64,000 nt of DNA from Callorhinchus milii (GCF_018977255.1 NW_024704743.1:66900001-66964000), one strand, 5' to 3'; shown: positions 27,196 to 39,683, numbered from the stretch's first letter. Made by a program: numbers and translations. The notes: a model not told the origin generated them from the sequence alone.

Positions 27196-27407
27196 TTTTT
27201 GGGGGTCAGCCATGTGTCTGACACACGCGGAAATCCATCACAATGCTTAATAGTATCCCAACCAAACTGAGAGTTCCATCCATCCCACTTACACATGAAA
27301 ATTTCCAAGATATTTATTGGAATGGAATGCACACTCTCTCTCTGGAAGGACACATCCTGCTTCCCCAATTCCAGAGAGTATTAGGCGCAGGTTGACAAGA
27401 GCCAAGG
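27196..27407 (-). mobile_element. Unclassified poly(A)-ended interspersed repeat; other copies at ~12165-12295, 15600-15760, 40856-41170, 53730-53965, 54943-55077 and 57720-58010 (plus sense)
   Basis: Shared block (T)n-ggtcagcc.gtgtctgacac...catcaccatgcttaagagtatccaaacc...ggaatggaatgcacactctct...taggcgcaggttggcaagagccaagg in several copies. Confidence 0.85.
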
Positions 27408-29032
27408 ATAAATTTACTAGTGTCTCTTAGGAAAACCACTATCGCAATTGCAGAGCTTTGCTGATTGGCTTGGATTTGAATTAATGCCTTTTTAAGTTGA
27501 TTCATGCAACACTTCTAACTTGAGTTCAACATGAAAGTCGTCACAAAGCAAAGCGTGCTTTAAAAATAAGGAAATCTTTGGGTAGATTTTGCTGCATTTC
27601 TTAAACCATTCCCTTGTGTTCATTTTTAAATTCAATTATTAAATGGAAGTTGTTGTTAATTAGCAATGAAGAGTTTTGACTCAGAACTTTTGTATCCTGT
27701 GTTAAAACTCCTTATACGGAATTTATAACTGCCTCAGGAAACCAACTATAATAATTACAATCCTTGCATTTGACATAGCACCTTTCACATCAGGAGGGTG
27801 TCTCGAAGCACTTCACAGGATATACTGTAATATGTGATGAGTTTGTATTTTGTAAGCAATAGTCTTAACTAATTAAGGTTAGTTTCCTACGAAACTTTTC
27901 ACACCAACAAGGAACTGGCTGATCAGAAGGAGCTAGGTGTGGAGGAATAGAGGCTGCAATCAACCGTGAGTGTTTTAAGTGTTGATTGAGGAACAGTAGC
28001 GCTGATTAATTTATAGGAACACATTCATAACGTTTCTTGACTCATTCCCAATTCAAAAAATACCACAAATGTTACTCCAGGAATTTTATGTTATATCAGA
28101 GCTTCTGATGTCCAAAGCAGGCCTAAAAACAGACCCCACTGTTCTTCAAACTCCTACTACAAAATTTCTACTATCAAAAAAAGTTCTTAATTCTAAGTAT
28201 AAACTAAATACCCCTCTTTCCCCCAACATCAAACTGAGGCAGCAGTACATTCTGAATTTTAAGAGCTATTGAGCAGCATTCAAGATTCGTGCAGGATTTT
28301 GATCTGCTCTCCTTATCAGTGGCAGTGCAAGGCGTGAAAGGCAGAGTCATTATTAAAGCAGAATTAATAACAGCAGCAATATTTTATACCTGCCTGTCAG
28401 CAGTTGCCTAACACATCATGTGGGATCTTAATCTTGTTGCTGTGCTGCTATTGTCATGCAAATATTCACTAACAAAATATAGGACCTGCACAATCTGACA
28501 CATTCAGTTTATCCTGGTTTTCATCAAGTTTTATTTTTCAGTCCTGCAAACGGGAAGGAAATTACCTTTTAAATTTCCTGAAACATTTCCTTCCTGCTGC
28601 TCTGTTAGAATTAGACTTGGCAAACATAAATGTAACATGTAACAGTAACCAGGTTAAAGTTGAACCAATTTTTCATGGCTTGCTGAAAATGTAAATATTG
28701 CAAAAAGAACAAAACCTTTGGCTTGATTATTGTCCATTTTAACGTAGTAATGGATTCTAGCATTAATATACAATCGGCAAAAGGTTCCCACTATCTCTGA
28801 GTGAAAATATGGTATGTAAAGTGAAGTTTCCAGAGGGTTTTGAATGCAGAGACGATTTGCAAACAGTAATTTCTTACAAACAGCCATGAAGTGAATGACC
28901 AATTTACTGTGGGCAATGTTAGATGCTAGATTTTGATTCGCTCATTTTATCAGTGCAAGACTTGAGGGGAAAGGCAGTTATTATTATTACGGAAAAATTA
29001 CAGTAGCAATGTAACTCACGATATCTTATACC

Positions 29033-29712
29033 TGCCTACACCACCCCTCCCCATGCTCGGGCCCCAACACCTGACTGTTCAGCACTTTGGGACATCCTCC
29101 CAATGTGAAAGGCACTCTATAAATATCATTTTGTTGCTGCTGTTGTTGTTGTCAGTGATTGCCTTCACAAGCTGCAGATCATCCAAAACTCTGCAGCTTG
29201 TGTACTCTCGTGCACCAGGCTCCATGACCCCATCACTCCCACCCTCGTCTGACTCCACTGGCTCCCCATCCTCCAGAGGATCGAGTTCAAGATCTTCGTC
29301 CTCACTTTCAAGGCCATCCATGTCGTTGCCCCCTTCTACCTCTCTGACCTGCTGACTCCCTACCAACCTGCCCGCTCCCTCCATTCAGCTGGCTCCAGCC
29401 TGCTTCATGTCTCCCGCCCGACCCGCCCTACCATCGGTGGCCGGGCTTTCAGTCTCTCTGCCCCCACACTCTGGAACTCTACTTCACAGTCCCTTCGCCT
29501 CGCTTCCTCCTTGCCTCCTTCAAGGCCGGTCTCAAGAACCTTCTCTTCGATCTGCTTTTGGTCGCCCTCCCACCTCTCTGTCTTCCCTGATCCCTACACC
29601 ACCCCTCCCCCATGCTCGGGTCCCGACCCCTGACTGTTCAGCGCTTTGGGACGTCCTTCCAATGTGAAAGGCACTCTATAAATGTAATTTTGTTGTTGCT
29701 GTTGTTGTTGTT
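29033..29712 (+). mobile_element. Two tandem L2 3' fragments with near-identical ends (~29033-29150 and ~29160-29712)
   Basis: Both end in cctacaccacccctccccatgctcggg...gtgaaaggcactctataaat..ttttgttg.tgctgttgttgttg. Confidence 0.88.
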
Positions 29713-30881
29713 GCCTAACAATGTCAACACCAGCATGGAGTGTATCAGGGGGATTGGTGGACGCTTTTTAAATAGTGCAATGGGATATTTAACGTTCACC
29801 TGAACAGGCAAATAGAACTTCGGTTTAACATTTCATGCGAAGGGACCTCTGACAACGCAACACACCCCATGTGTGGGGTGTGCTGCGTTGGGTTGAGCAC
29901 TGGGTTGAAGATACTTTGACTAATAGGAATTCATCGAATGGTGTCGTGCGTCTATGCAATACACGAATACTTGAGTGCTTTCAGGCTATCTAAGGATACA
30001 AAGTTAAAAAAATTTTGGGAAAAGATGGTAGTATACTTTCTATGCTCACTATCAGCAGAAAATGTGTTACAAGAGGAAATTCTAGAACAGATTGCAAGTT
30101 CACTGTAATACATGCATGTTTGAATGTATATATATGCAAATAAATTATATCTCTAGTCCTGTTTTGTAACCTAACAACAACAACAACAACATTGCATTTG
30201 TGTAGCACCTTTCATGTAGGGAGGATGTCCCAAGGTGCTAGATAATCAGTGTTTCAGACCTGAGCTAGGGCTCAGGATTGGGGCGGGTGAAGGGGAGGGT
30301 GGGAAGGAGAGTGACTGAAGGCACAATCGAAGAGGAGGACCTTGAGACGGGTCTTGAAGGAGTAACAGAGGGGGCGAGGCTGAGGAACTGCTGGATGGAG
30401 TTCTAGAGGGTGGGTGCAGAGTGACTGAAGGCGCACCTGCCAATGGTGGGGGGGGCAAGTTGGGGGACATGAAGCAGGTTGGAGTCTGCTGAGCGGAGAG
30501 AGTGGGCAGGTTGGTAGGGAGTTAGGAGGTTGCAGAGATAGGGGGGAGCAAGGCCATGGAAGGCTTTGAAAATAAGGACCAGGATCTTGAACTGCGTCCT
30601 CTGTGTGATGGGAAGCCAGTGGAGTTGGGCAAAGATGGGGGTGATAGGGTTGGGGAGCCTGGTGCAGAAGAGGGTACGGGCTGCAGAGTTCTGGATGATC
30701 TGCAACCTATGGAGGGAGGAGTTGGGGAGGCCAACAAACAGGGAGTTTGCGTAGTCGAGCCTGGATGTTCTAAACGGGTGTATGAGGGTCTCAGCAGCCT
30801 ATGGTGTGAGACAGTGGTGGAGCCAGGCAATGTTGTGGAAGTGGTGGAAGGCAGAGCGGGTCATGGCACAAATATGAGGTA

Positions 30882-33800
30882 AACAACAACAACAACAAGA
30901 TTTCATTTATAGAGCGCTTTTCACGTCGGGAGGATGTCCCAAGGCGCTGGACAGTTGGGTCAGGACCCGAGCAGGGGGGAAATGATCAGGGTGAGGGGAG
31001 GGAAGGCAGGGAGCGAGGAGGGGGTAGAGAGTCGAGAGGGGAGCTGAAGGCACAGTTGAAGAGAAAGGTCTTGAGACCGACCTTGAAGGAGGAAAGGGAG
31101 GAGGCGGCGAAGGCACTGGGGGATAGAGTTCCAGAGCCTTAGGGCTGAGAGGCTGAAGGCCCGGCCACCGATGGTAGGGCAGTTGGGGCGGGGGATGTGG
31201 AACAGACCGGAGCCAGAGGAACGGAGGGTACAGGCAGGTACGTGGGGGGATAGTAGGTCAGAGAGGTAGGAGGGAGCAAGGCCGTGAATGGCCTTGTAGG
31301 TGAGGATGAGGATCTTGAATTCGATCCTCTAGGGGATGGGGAGCCAGTGGAGGCGAGCGAGGGTGGGAGTGATGTGGTCGCGAAGTCTGGTGCAGGACAG
31401 TACACGAGCTGCAGAGTTCTGAATGACCTGCAGCTTGTGGAGGGAGGTGCCGGGAAGGCCGGCGAGGAGAGAGTTCCCATATTCCAGCTTTGAGGTGACA
31501 AAGGCGTGGACCAGAGTTTCAGCAGCGTGAGGGGTGAGGTAGTGCCGTAGTGAGGTAGTGTCCAGCCTTTATCACCTCAAGACTGGACTATGGGAACTCT
31601 CTCCTCGCCGGCCTTCCCGGCACCTCCCTCCACAAGCTGCAGGTCATTCAGAACTCTGCAGCTCGTGTACTGTCCCGCACCAGGCTTCGGGACCACATCA
31701 CTCCCACCCTCGCTCGCCTCCACTGGCTCCCCATCCCCCAGAGGATCGAATTCAAGATCCTCATCCTCACCTACAAGGCCATTCACGGCCTCGCTCCCTC
31801 CTACCTCTCCGACCTACTATCCCCCTACCTACCCGCCCGTACCCTCCGTTCCTCTGGCTCCGGTCTGCTCCACATCCCCCGCCCCAACCGCCCTACCATC
31901 GGTGGCCGGGCCTTCAGCCTCTCATCCCCGAGGCTCTGGAACTCTATCCCCCAGTGCCTTCGCCTCCTCCTCCCATTCCTCCTTCAAGGCCGGTCTCAAG
32001 ACCTTTCTCTTTGACCGTGCCTTCACCTCCCCTCTCGACTCTCTACCCCCTCCTCGCTCCCTCCCTTCCCCTCACCCTGACCATTTCCCCCCTGCTCGGG
32101 TCCTGACCCAACTGTACAGCGCCTTGGGACGTCCTCCCGACGTGAAAGGCGCTCTATAAATGGAATCTTGTTGTTGTTGTTGTTGTAGTCTGGCAATATT
32201 CCGGAGGTGGCGGAAGGCAGTGCCAGTTGTGGCGCAGATGTGGGGAAGGACAGCTCAGGGTCGAACAGAACGCTGAGGTTCCTGACTGTCTTTGAGAGGT
32301 GGAGAGTGCAGCCTTGGATGCTGATGCTGTCAGCGCCTGAGGTGCAGAGGCGCTGACGTGAGCCAATCAGGAGGGCCTCAGTTTTGCGCTGAAGAAAGTT
32401 ATCTCTCGTCCAGGACTCGATGTCGGACAGGCAGCTGTCAGGACATCGGTGGTTGTGGAGTTGAGGGTAGAGGAGGAAAGGTAGAGTTGGGTGTCATCCG
32501 CATACATGTGGAAGTTAACCCCATGTCTGCGGATGATGTCACCAAAGGGGAGCATATAGAGGGTGAAGAGGAGGGGACCGAGAACAGAGCTCTGAGGGAC
32601 ACCGCACGAGACAGTGCGAGGACTGAAGGAAAAGCCATTAGTGGAAATAAAATGAAGACGGTGGGAGAGGTAGGATCTAAACCACTCAACAACAGGGCCT
32701 TGAAGGTTTGAGGTGGGAGGACAAGCGGTGGAGGAATATAGTTTGGTTGACCGTATCAAATGAGGCCGATAGGTCGAGGAGGACGAGGAGGCAGAGGGAG
32801 CCCTGGTCGCAGATGGTCAGGATGTCATTGGTGACCTTGACCAGGGCAGTTTCTGTGCTATGGGCAGCACGGAAACCCGACTGAAGGGGTTCGAATAATG
32901 AATGGGTGGAGAGGAAAGAGCGCAGCTGGGAGGCGACGACTCTTTCAAGGACCTTGGACAGGAAGGGAAGGTTGGAGATGGGCCGGTAGCTTGATAGCTG
33001 CGACGCATCAAGGGAGGGTTTTTTCAATGTGGGAGTGATGGTGGCAATTTTTAGGGGAATGGGAACAGAGCCAGAAGAGAGGGACAGGTTGATGATGTCT
33101 GTGAGAAGTGGGGCAAGGAGGTGGATCTGAGAGATAAGGAGTGGAGTGGGGATGGGGTCAAGGGAGCAGGTGGTGGGTTTCAGGGACAGGATGAGGTTAG
33201 TGACAGAGGGTGGGGAAACGGGTTCGAAGGTGTGTAGGGGAGGATGGGTAGGAGTCGGAGTGTGGGAGAGAAGGGATGGAGGGTGGGTGGAAGTTGGAGG
33301 GGCAGTGACCGCGGAGCGGATTCCCTTGATTTTGGATTTGGCCCGCACCTGGCTCTTCAGTGAGCGGAGGTGGGTGGTGAGCCAGGGGGAGGAGCGAGAG
33401 TAAGAGACAGTGCGGGAGGTGATGAGGGCAAGAGTGTCGAGTGTGGAGGAGAGGGTGTTGTGGAGGAGGGTGAGATCAGAAGAGGGGTCAGTGAGGGATG
33501 AAGGCCAGAGGAAGAGGAGTTCAGAGGACTCTAAGGCAGCAGTTACAGATTGTGGGGGTAACTTCTTCCAGGGGCGGTAGAAGATGGTGGTGGGTCTGGT
33601 GGAGGTGGGGAGGGGGGTGGAGGTGGTGAAGGAGATGAAGTGGTGATCAGAGATGGCCTTGTCGGTAATGGTGACATCCGAGACACTGAGGCCCCGGGTG
33701 ATCACCAAGTCGAGTGGGTGGCGGTGACTGTGAGTGGCGGAATTGATGTGGAGGGAGAGGTTGAGCGAGGAGAGGAGGGAGGAGAAGTCTGAGGAGATGG

Positions 33801-34566
33801 AGCAGGAGGGGGTGAAGTGCAGGTTGAAGGTGCCCAGGATGATGAGGCGATCAGAGCAGAGGCAGAGAAATGTTAGGAGGGTAGAAATATCGGAGATGAA
33901 GGTGGGAGAGGTTTTAGGGGGCGGTAGAGGAGGAGGATTTTGAGTGAGAGATGGGAGGGGTGGGGTGCTCAAAAGAGCGAAAGAGCCAGAGGAGTAGGGG
34001 GATAGGGCAAGTGGTGTCCTTGAGATAAGGGCTACACCACCGCCATGGCGGTTGGGGCGAGGAATGTGGTGGGAGGTGTAGCCGGGTGGTGTGGCCTCCG
34101 TGAGGGGGAGGGTGTCGCCTGGGGTGAGCCAGGTTTCAGTTAAGGCCATGATGTCAACGCTCTCATCAAGGATGAGATCGTTGATGACCAGGGCCTTGTT
34201 ACAGAGGGAGCGGACGTTTTGTAGTCCGATGTGGAGGGAGTGGTTGACAGAAAGGTGTGTGGGAGGGGAGGGGGGTCCAGGTTGTGGGGCAGAGGTGGGG
34301 GAATAGAGATGAGGGAGGAGAGGTTGGTTCCCCGGGTCTGTGTCCGGGGTGGGTGGCGAGTGTGGTGGGTAATGGGGCAGTCGGTGTGGCTGCTGCTGGA
34401 CAGCCAACACCGGGTGCCACGGTGAGCCCGGCGGAGGATTCCCAGGTTGGAACAGAGGGAAGTTGTGGGAGGGTCAAGTGGGGCTAGAAGGCGAGGGGGA
34501 CGGGGAGAGAGAAGGACAGAACGGGAGAGATGCAGAGGGGAGTGGGTTTGGCGGGAGGGAGGAGGG
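30882..34566 (-). mobile_element. Young long L2 with the ORF2 endonuclease and RT, defective (internal deletions, frameshifts) and interrupted at 31552-32184
   Basis: The 574-aa ORF has APE motifs LQNVRSL, ALTETWL, GGGVAL, LDLVI and ISDH, then RT motifs CSLDPIP, YRPISNLPFLSKVLE, QSGFRAAHSTETAL and [11 protein letters not shown]. The next frame gives [10 protein letters not shown] and YADDTQLY. An LGILRR..HRG N-terminal motif lies near 34440 and an (AAC)n tail at 30882. Confidence 0.95.
31552..32184 (+). mobile_element. Same-family L2 3' fragment inserted antisense into the long L2
   Basis: Reverse complement of 30882-31511. It is flanked by GTAGT at 31547-31551 and 32185-32189, and the host reading NIARL|RHYLTPHAAETL rejoins across it. 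Confidence 0.93.
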
Positions 34567-34677
34567 GGACAGTTGAGGGTCAAACAAGGTGCCAAGGTTC
34601 TGGACTGGCTCGGTGAGGTGGAGTGTGTATCCATGGATGGTAATACAGTCAGTGCCTGAGGTGTGGAAATGCTGAAG

Positions 34678-34983
34678 GGAATCCTGTAGCTCAGTGATGA
34701 GAGCACTTGCCTCGCAAGCGAGAGAACTGAGTTCGATTCCCAGCAGAGCGAAACCTTGGACAAGTTTCCTTTCTCCACATGCCTGATAATAATCCTTCAA
34801 AAAACAATTGGTCACTTCAATTCACGACTGTTTGTGGGTCACTGCTGTGCACAAGTGTCTGCTGCGTTTCGCCCACAAATATACAGTGAATTCACTTTAC
34901 AGTCTATTCTGGGAGGCGCCTTGAGAGACGTCTAAAAGACATGAAAAGCACTATATCAAATGCAAGGATTATTATTAATATTA
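34678..34983 (+). mobile_element. tRNA-derived SINE, short form, inserted in the older L2
   Basis: GGAATCCTGTAGCTCAGTGATGAGAGCAC...GAGTTCGATTCCC head, ending in aaagcactatatcaaatgcaaggattattatt. Confidence 0.92.
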
Positions 34984-36596
34984 ATCAGGAGAACCTCGGT
35001 CTTGTTGATGTTCAGCTGTAGAAAGTTAGCTCTCATCCAGGACTTGATGTCTGACAGACATTCTCTCAGCACAGCAGTGGTCCTGGAGTCGAGGGCGGAG
35101 GCAGAGAGGTAGAGTTGGGTGTCATTTGCATACATGTGGAAGTTGACCCCATGTCTGCTGATAATGTCACCAAGAGGGACCATATAGATATTGAAGAGGA
35201 GGGGACCAAGGACAGAGCCCTGAGGAACACCACAGGGGCTAGAGGAGAAGCCGTTTGTGGAAATGAAGTGAAGATGGTGTAACCTTGTAACTTAAATTTT
35301 TACAGCAGTTATTGACATGTATAATAATAAATAATAATCCTTGCATTTGATGTTGCTCCTTATCACGTCGTTGAGACGTCTGAAAGCACTTCACAGGATA
35401 AGCAGATTGACTGTGCGGTTTGAGCCATGTCCCACAAACAGCCATGGAATGAGGAACCAATCTTATTTGTGGGATTGTTGGCCGGGCCATATTAAATATA
35501 GTAACTGAGCTATGCATTGATTGTCTCCAATAATGTTTGAACAAATTAATACCAGGAAAACTGAAATCATACTGAAAGGTGAACCGTTGTAAATTGGAAA
35601 GATGTCCAAGGCTGCATAACTGAGAGGCAATAATATATTATAGGGCGGCAAGTCCCACACTCATCTTATTGAAACATTTCAGCAATTTTGTCTGATAACT
35701 ATCATGCCTAGAATCATTGTAAAGTGGGATCTCTCTATAAATAAATGGATTGAAAGGAGAAACAAATAATATCTGCATTGTCCATTAATCGGCAACAATT
35801 CACAATTTATTTCAAAACTCCATTTATAAATACAGTAATACAAAGCTGGAGTGCCTCATTTGATTGTACTACATAAGCTTATATACTGAAAATCAACGAT
35901 GCACAGCATCTCTTTTTAGATAGCTCAACGCTTCCCAAACCACATGATTATCTTTTTACCAGAATCTGCTATTGAAGGTCACAGAGTTGGAAAAACACAG
36001 GGATTACTAATAGGATTCCATAATAAAGACTCCAAATGGAGACTCTTTCGAAAAGTACTTCACATGGATTACATTAAGGTTCGAAATTACATCATGTAGG
36101 AGCAGAGTTCCTATGGGTCACTGTGTCCAGTTATTGGAAAGAATTCCTATTGTGGCTTGGATTCTTTAATAAGGAATTTGGTTAGCAATCACTGTGTTTT
36201 ACACTCCAGTATGCACATAGATATTTCCAATCTATTTTTCAACAACAAATCAAATTTTTCATGATCTTGTATAATATATGTAATGTGAAACATTTAACCA
36301 ATTATAAGCTTTTCTTACACATCAGAGGGTGTGCTGTGCTTCAGAAATACTGTTGTTTAAGATAATGTACTGAATTATAATGCAGAAATTGGCAATTTCA
36401 ATCACTTATTTACATTATAGTGCAAAGTGGAGTATATTTACAAAACATATTCTATGCAAAATAAAGGGAACCTAGTTAGTTTAAATTATATATTATCACG
36501 AGGAATTTTTGGGTGCAAGTCAGAAAATTTGTTGTTAAGAATATTGACAACAGCCTTGTTACAGGGGGATCTGTATTAATGTTTCAAAGTTTTGAG

Positions 36597-36765
36597 GCTG
36601 GTGGGTCATTTTGGGTCAGTGGATAAATGTAGTACATGGTGTGGTACTGAGCCATACCATCCAGTTAGATTCCAGCTAACCTGTGCTCTGCCAATTGATC
36701 TCACCTGGGAGGGAGCTGTGACTGGCCTAGGTATTCTCAGACAAGTAGGAAGGTAAAAGCTTGGA
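36597..36765 (+). mobile_element. Ancient AmnSINE2-like SINE 5' part; probable 3' parts on the minus strand at ~41685-41850 and ~63540-63700
   Basis: tcagtggataaatg...ggtgtggtactgagccatac...ctgtgct...tgatctca resembles the AmnSINE2 head as I recall it. The motif cctcac(c/t)caagtggc is shared by the other two loci. Not verified by alignment. Confidence 0.5.
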
Positions 36766-37824
36766 CTGTAAAGGTATCCATTGCTGCCAAATGCAAATCA
36801 ATAATCAGTCAGCAGGTACTGAAGTGTAAAACTCTTTGCCCCACCCCTCCCATCCTTTAGGTAGACTCCAGGTCATTTTATCCTTACTCCTGGCAAGATT
36901 TCTTCTCCCCACTAATTTCTGTACCTATATCTGCCAATATGTCTAATGGCAAAATTACTCCGGAGTTAATCTATCTTCTGCCATCTCTGATTCTGCATGT
37001 GTGAGTATCCAATTACATATGACGTGAATCAAAGACATACGCAGCAACAGCGTAGTCCTATTGGAATCACCACAACAAAGACATTGCATACTTGTGTATA
37101 CGAATGTCAAACACTGGGGGTTTTGACTTTTCTACCTCAATTCAAATTTTCTGCAATTACACAATAATTTGTTAATTTTCAGACAGAATTTTGTAAACAA
37201 GCCATTGACTCTTGCACATTTGCATGTGCAAGTAGCTAATAGTTAACTGACATATATTTACATACAAAGAGAGTGGAGACATCATGAGGTGCAAGTTGTA
37301 TTCATTTAAATACATGGAAAACAGTTCCTGGGAATTATGAGTTTAATCTACAAATCCATGTCATTATATTCTCATGCAAAAATGATGTCTCAATTGAGTA
37401 TACTCGTTTTGTTTGATTATTCAATTTCAATTGAATATTCAAAAAGCCTGACTAGAGAATTGTATTCCACACACGTATAGTGCTTTAAATAGCCATCCAT
37501 ACGTCTCTGTAAGCAAATTGTCAGCGGGAAATATCTGAGACATATGCTTTCTGCTGAATTGCAGTGGCTGTAACCCACACTGAGACCCTTCATGAGTCAC
37601 GTGTTTATTGGCGTCTAGGGTTTGACAATGCTGGTCAAGACTATGATCTCAAAGTCCTGATGTGGGATTGAACTGACAACCTTCAGTTTCAGAGGTCAGA
37701 GTTACCAACTGAGTCAGGCTGATACTCTTTGAATTAAAAATCATTATGTGGAATTGCAATAGTAATCAAATGGCCTACGCCAGTGAACTATCTACTGTAT
37801 ATAAGATTAATTTTGTGCTTTTTC

Positions 37825-37830
37825 TTTATT
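37825..37830 (-). promoter_or_regulatory. Candidate RAMP3 poly(A) signal (AATAAA on the minus strand), implying a ~1.9-kb 3' UTR
   Basis: First TTTATT I found on the plus strand downstream of the stop codon. There is no transcript evidence, and variant signals closer to the stop are possible. Confidence 0.25.
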
Positions 37831-39683
37831 CACTGGCAAACAGCGTGAGCGCTTGGGTGTGTGGGAATAGATGCTGAGAGCAGCACTGAGTCCAGGTCAG
37901 TGTCAATTGAGGAAAGGGGGCACTAATGAAGCCATAGGAACAAATTTGTGGTGTTAGTACAAGGAGTGGGTTAAGAAACGTTACAAACTGTACCCTATAT
38001 CAAATTGTTTTTTGGCACTGAACAATACTGTATGTACTCACTTAAATTCATTGTCCCATTTGTCATTTTGGGGTTGGGGAACTTTATAAAACTCAAAGTT
38101 GGTATCCTAGCATCTCTGCCCTACTCAAGTAAAACTGTCTTGTACCTGCTTCATCCCAGAACAAGTAGAGATTTTTTTTTTTTTTAAAGTATTATTATTG
38201 GTCCTTCTGAATTAAATCCAAATATCATTTGCTTTCTGGTAAGATCGTATTTGTCTTCTGTTTACAATTTTCAAAAACAATTATTTAAAAATCTCAACAA
38301 GTCAAGATCATTGAATTGTAGTTTCAAAATATGGATGTGCATTCTCTCAATCAAATGGCAAAACATACATTTTCATCCACAAAATATACAGTCACATCAC
38401 TTTACAGTATACCATATGAAGTGCTTTTGAGTTGCCTTGATGACATGATAAAGCGCTATATCAAATGCAAGATTATTATAAGGATTCTTATTACTTTTGC
38501 TTCAAAACGTTGTGAAAAAGATGCAATCCTTCTTTAAGAAAGCTATCATTTGCTAAATGGGATGTTGTACATCACAGTCAGCTGATGGAGGTCAGTGAAC
38601 TACTTAATGCTTGCATAGCTTTAAATGGAACAATCTAATTTCCTACCATTGTTTCAGGTGGTCAAATTATAAACAAGCACAAGCAGTTGTTTGAGACAGA
38701 CAGGACATCTCTCAATAATCTTCACTTATAAATACTAACACAAGGGAGAGGGGAATAGAAGGGTATGGGAGAAGAATAGGAGAGGAATAGGATGGGCGGA
38801 GGTTCATGTGGAGTATAAACACTGGCACGCACTAGTTGAACTGAATGGTTTGTTTCCGTGCTGTACAGTATATGTAATTATATGTAAATTTTACACCACA
38901 GGAATACACTGAGAGAAAGCAAGCTGGCTGTGTTCTATTGGTCAAGGCAATGTTTTGAAATGTTTGTAAAATGACTTATGGAATTGGAGCTATAATGGCA
39001 TCACATTTGTCACACAACCATCTGTTATAATTTCTCTCTAGTCACAAAATCCACTGGGAGTAGATGAGTAGCACGTTCAGATTTAGATGCAACAAAACGT
39101 TTAGGGAATGCAGAGCACTTGTCAGTTCCCGTACCACTCCTGGTGATATCAGTCAGCCCCGTTTCCTATCATTCTTCTCCCTCTCTGGAAACCACTCCCA
39201 CATCCTTCCTGGAACTCACTCCATACCCTCGAGCTCCAAGAAGTCATCCTGAAATGGATTAGGAAAAATTTCTTCAGTAAGTGTCACTGTCTTTGTCACC
39301 TGAACGCCTCCAGAAACCTCTTTTCTTGCCTGATTTCATCCTTTTGTGCCGTAAGATGGGTTAGGTGGTCGTGCTTTTTTGGGTTGAGGCTGGCTTGTGA
39401 AATGAATTAGTTATCCAGTAAAGTGTACCTGACGCCTGCTCCAGCACTTTAAAAACAAATCTACTTCGCTCCATGTGCTCGCCCGCTTGTTACAGTCTAT
39501 AGCAACTTCTGTGCTGATGTTTGACTTTAGAAGTGAATAATGACAATTATTGGAGGGTGTCCCTCCACCAACTGAGGCAGCTAGACAATAGGCCACAGAC
39601 TTTGTCAGTGGGATTCACATTAATGTACAGCAAGACAAATACTTGCAAAGTTGTATCTTTGTGCAATATACATATATTTATAT

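Larger units (their letters stand above)
30173..35280 (-). mobile_element. Older L2 (pieces ~30173-30881, ~34567-34677, ~34984-35280) hosting younger insertions
   Basis: The pieces read consecutively on the minus strand: [32 protein letters not shown] | ..LGTLFDPQLS | LPHICAMTRSAF..IIQNSAAR..LHWLP..tail. Confidence 0.88.

Noticed and set aside
32686..34410. 574-aa ORF as a host gene or active retrotransposon
   Set aside because: It is L2 ORF2 with an internal deletion and frameshifts, and its 3' part is interrupted, so it is not autonomous.
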